Shown here piece by piece: positions 61,091 to 64,000 of a stretch of DNA of 64,000 bases (the stretch's first letter is position 1; every line of letters starts with the position of its first letter). Source of the DNA: Spizellomyces punctatus DAOM BR117 (Eukaryota). The stretch lies in assembly GCA_000182565.2 (NCBI GenBank), contig KQ257450.1; one strand, given 5' to 3'. The notes beneath the pieces were generated by a model that saw only the letters and a list, made by a program, of their open reading frames with translations, made no database searches and was not told the DNA's origin. A program made the translations under genes and the position numbers.

Positions 61091-64000
61091 ATGACCCAAC
61101 AAACGCTTAGCGCCGATTTTGACAAGTCGCAGGCAGATGACTGGTGGGCTCGATTGGTCCCAGTAAATGCTTCTGAAGGTTGTTCCCACGGGTCACCATC
61201 ATGTGAACGCCCTGCCTGACACTAGCTCTGCCTACCTAAAAAGAGACACCGCTACTTCTGATGGCTCCAAAGGAAGAATACATTATCGGTCGCTCTTCCA
61301 ATGAGTGCAATTTTGTTTTAGGTGGAGATTTGGTGTCCAGTCAGGTGAGATTCCTATTCTTAGGAGGGTTCTACCGTGCGTTAACCTTGACCTGCTAAAA
61401 TCATTGACAACGAGCAGCATTGTCGCATATTAAAGGTAATCTTCTAATATACTACTTTATAATTCAAGTAATTTGTAGCCAACAAGTGGCTGTTCATGTT
61501 AGGTATCGGACGGGGAGGATGCTTTTATGGTTTTAATGGAGGACTTGTCAAGCAATGGGACAGTACGTGTCTCTCCCATTCTGGTTGGGTTCAATATGTG
61601 TATAGATAGGCTCATACTTTATTTTAATAAAAGTTTATCAACGGTATCAAACTAGGGAAAGGTTTTTATTGATCTTCATTGCTATAGATCATGTAGTTTG
61701 TTTATCTAACGACATTGCGGATGGAAGGGAACAAACGCATGCTTGTATCTGGGGATGAGATTGGCATCACGCCAACGGGCAGGACATTCGAGCATCGTGA
61801 GTTTGGAATTTCTTGGAATCTCAAAAGAAGGTTACAATGAACCATATCCAGACTTTATCTTCCAAATGACGAGTTCCCGCAACAGCGACGATGTGCATTA
61901 TGAAGTGAGATTGGAATCATTTCATCTTGCTTGCTCCGGACGGCGATACCCAATTGGATGTTGCAGGTTGAATCTCCATCGGATAGAATGTATATTTTGC
62001 AACGGGAACTGGGAAGGTATGTTCGTATGTATGCGGAGGCGCCATGACAGCCAACCTAAACAGAATTGGCGGGCCGTAGAGGAAACTTTAGCGTTGTTCG
62101 GCTGGCCGTCAACAAAACTACTGGTGAAAAATATGCCATCAAAATCATAGGTGGGTTGTTCAAAGCGTGCGGTGGTCTTTACTGCGTCTCATATAAACAA
62201 AGACAAAAGACGGATCGCATTTAATGTACAAGCTGAAGAAGCTTTGAAGAGAGAGGTATTGCTTCGCGCCGTCTTGTCTTTCACTGTAATTATCTCAACT
62301 TACACAAGGACGTAGGCCGAAGTACTAAAGTCAATTGACCACGTATGTTACCTGTCCCCTTTGTTGTCAACTTTCAAGAATCTGACGGTCCCCCACAGCC
62401 CTATATTGTTCGGCTACACGAAGCATTTCAACTCGGCCACCTTTCATACCTTGTCATGGATTTCATTAGCGGCGGGGACTTGTCAAATTATGTATCGGGG
62501 CGTGATGTACTCCGAGAAGAGGAAGTTCGACGTCTGTTTCGACAAATGGTGCGTTTTGTAATGCGACTGACTAGAGCGCTCCATTTAAATTTCTTTGCAT
62601 GTTTAGGTTGAGGCAGTGCAGGTTTGCATAATTGTGTTTGTGTATGTCTGGACCGTCAGTATAACAACTTTCACGTCTAGTACATACATTCATTTGGCAT
62701 CGTTCATCGCGGTTCGTTGCTGGCGTGCTTCCTAATAATATCTCAACCTGTCATCTAACGCTGCCTAATGCAGATCTAAAACCAGAAAACGTCCTGGTTA
62801 CAGAGGACAAGTCGCCCACTTTAAAGCTTTCCGATTTTGGGTAAAGTCCACTCGGTTGTGTCAATACTTGATCATCTATATCTCAATCATCGATTATCCC
62901 CTGCGTTCTGTCTTTTAGTCTTGCTAAAATGATAGGTTCCGACGAATGCCATACCATATGTGGTACATCGCATTTTCTTCTTTTCGGTGTGGTTGGCGAT
63001 GATAAGTAACATTCTCTAGGAACACCGGAGTACCTTGCCCCCGAAGTGTTCCTATCTGGCAACTATGATTCACGGGTTGATCTCTACAGCCTAGGGGCCA
63101 TTCTATATTTTATGCTGACAGGTAGAAATGCTCGGAGTGACATCATTTATACCTCTTTTGGTTGACAAAAGTATAGGCCAGTCTCCTTCTGAGGTGAATT
63201 TAGAGACAATCGGTGTGGAAGGCTCAAGCTCGAGCCTGCCAAAAGCAATACCCCCTCAAGGTCTACAATTAAATGTTGCTCATGTAGATTAGGATTATAA
63301 CGGTATCTTTCTCTTTCTCAAACAGCGGCAGGGCTGATCAAAGGACTAATGCAGCCAGACCCTGAAAAGAGAACATCCTTGGAGGCTCTAATACGACATC
63401 CATGGATGCTAACGGCACCCCGGACACCAGCCACACCTCATGGTTAGATTCCTTTACCGTTGCTTTCTTGCGTCTAATCCTTCTTAATCTGTTTATGCAT
63501 TTCTGTTAGCTTTCCGGAGACCCGAAGATCGTCCAGTATGGGCTACGTTATCCTCGCAAGAAGGTCCTCCACGTGTCATCAAGATGTTCCGCGATTCCAT
63601 ATCGTTTGGGCGAAGAGAAGGTATGTCGCATTGATCATGTAGAAGAGTCCTTTCGCTAATATGCCTTTTAAAAGACAATGATATCGTTCTTGGCGATCCA
63701 AGGGTGTCTGGTAAGTTTTATACGAGTTGGTTTGCCATAAAACTTGCTGCAATTTCAAATGCTCACATGCGAACATGTCTATCAAGGAACGCATTGTAAA
63801 ATTGTTCGGGAGGGAGGACACGTTCTTCTGCATGATACAAGTGCAAACGGCGTGCGTGTGAATGGGATTCTGGTTGGGAAGGGAAATAGTGCCGAGCTGA
63901 GGCAACGGTAAGAATATGGTATGGCATCGTGTTTAAAGTAAGCGTACGCTAATGGCCTCCTTCTTTTTTCCTTATCCTTATGTAGAGATGTTTTGACATT
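61091..64000 (+). CDS. Rad53/Chk2-family checkpoint kinase, FHA-kinase-FHA, 3' partial
   Basis: FHA1 [37 protein letters not shown]; kinase [44 protein letters not shown]2 [32 protein letters not shown]. Confidence 0.85.

Overview
Gene-dense eukaryotic DNA with short (about 55-80 nt) GT-AG introns and CTAAC/CTGAC-type branch sites. Gene content and structure suggest an early-diverging fungus, probably a chytrid (inference only). About 29 protein-coding genes were rebuilt by splicing exons by hand: Mtc1-like, small secreted peptide, CBS-domain, ELMO, SAC3/PCI-like, PITHD1, Ppn1-like phosphoesterase, class C GPCR, Ku80, secreted Cys/Thr-rich protein, Rap1, siderophore MFS, FAM160/FHIP, helical-repeat protein, orphan 7TM, glutaredoxin, F-box, RRM protein, RCL1, RPS8, Yop1/REEP, BPL1, PEBP, mitochondrial LEA-like, DUF4804, RPLP1, C2-lipase, Bur1/CDK9 and a Rad53-like kinase cut by the window end. 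No rRNA, tRNA, CRISPR or transposon was recognised. The standout is a 9-exon receptor (14783-17476) that fuses a bacterial-type TctC/Bug solute-binding domain to a GABA-B-like class C 7TM domain. Also notable: Rap1 with three Myb-like repeats sharing one intron position, an intronless frameshifted DUF4804/MavL-type gene, a dumbbell-shaped secreted Cys-rich protein and a second orphan 7TM. Family assignments rest on motif recognition, not database searches.
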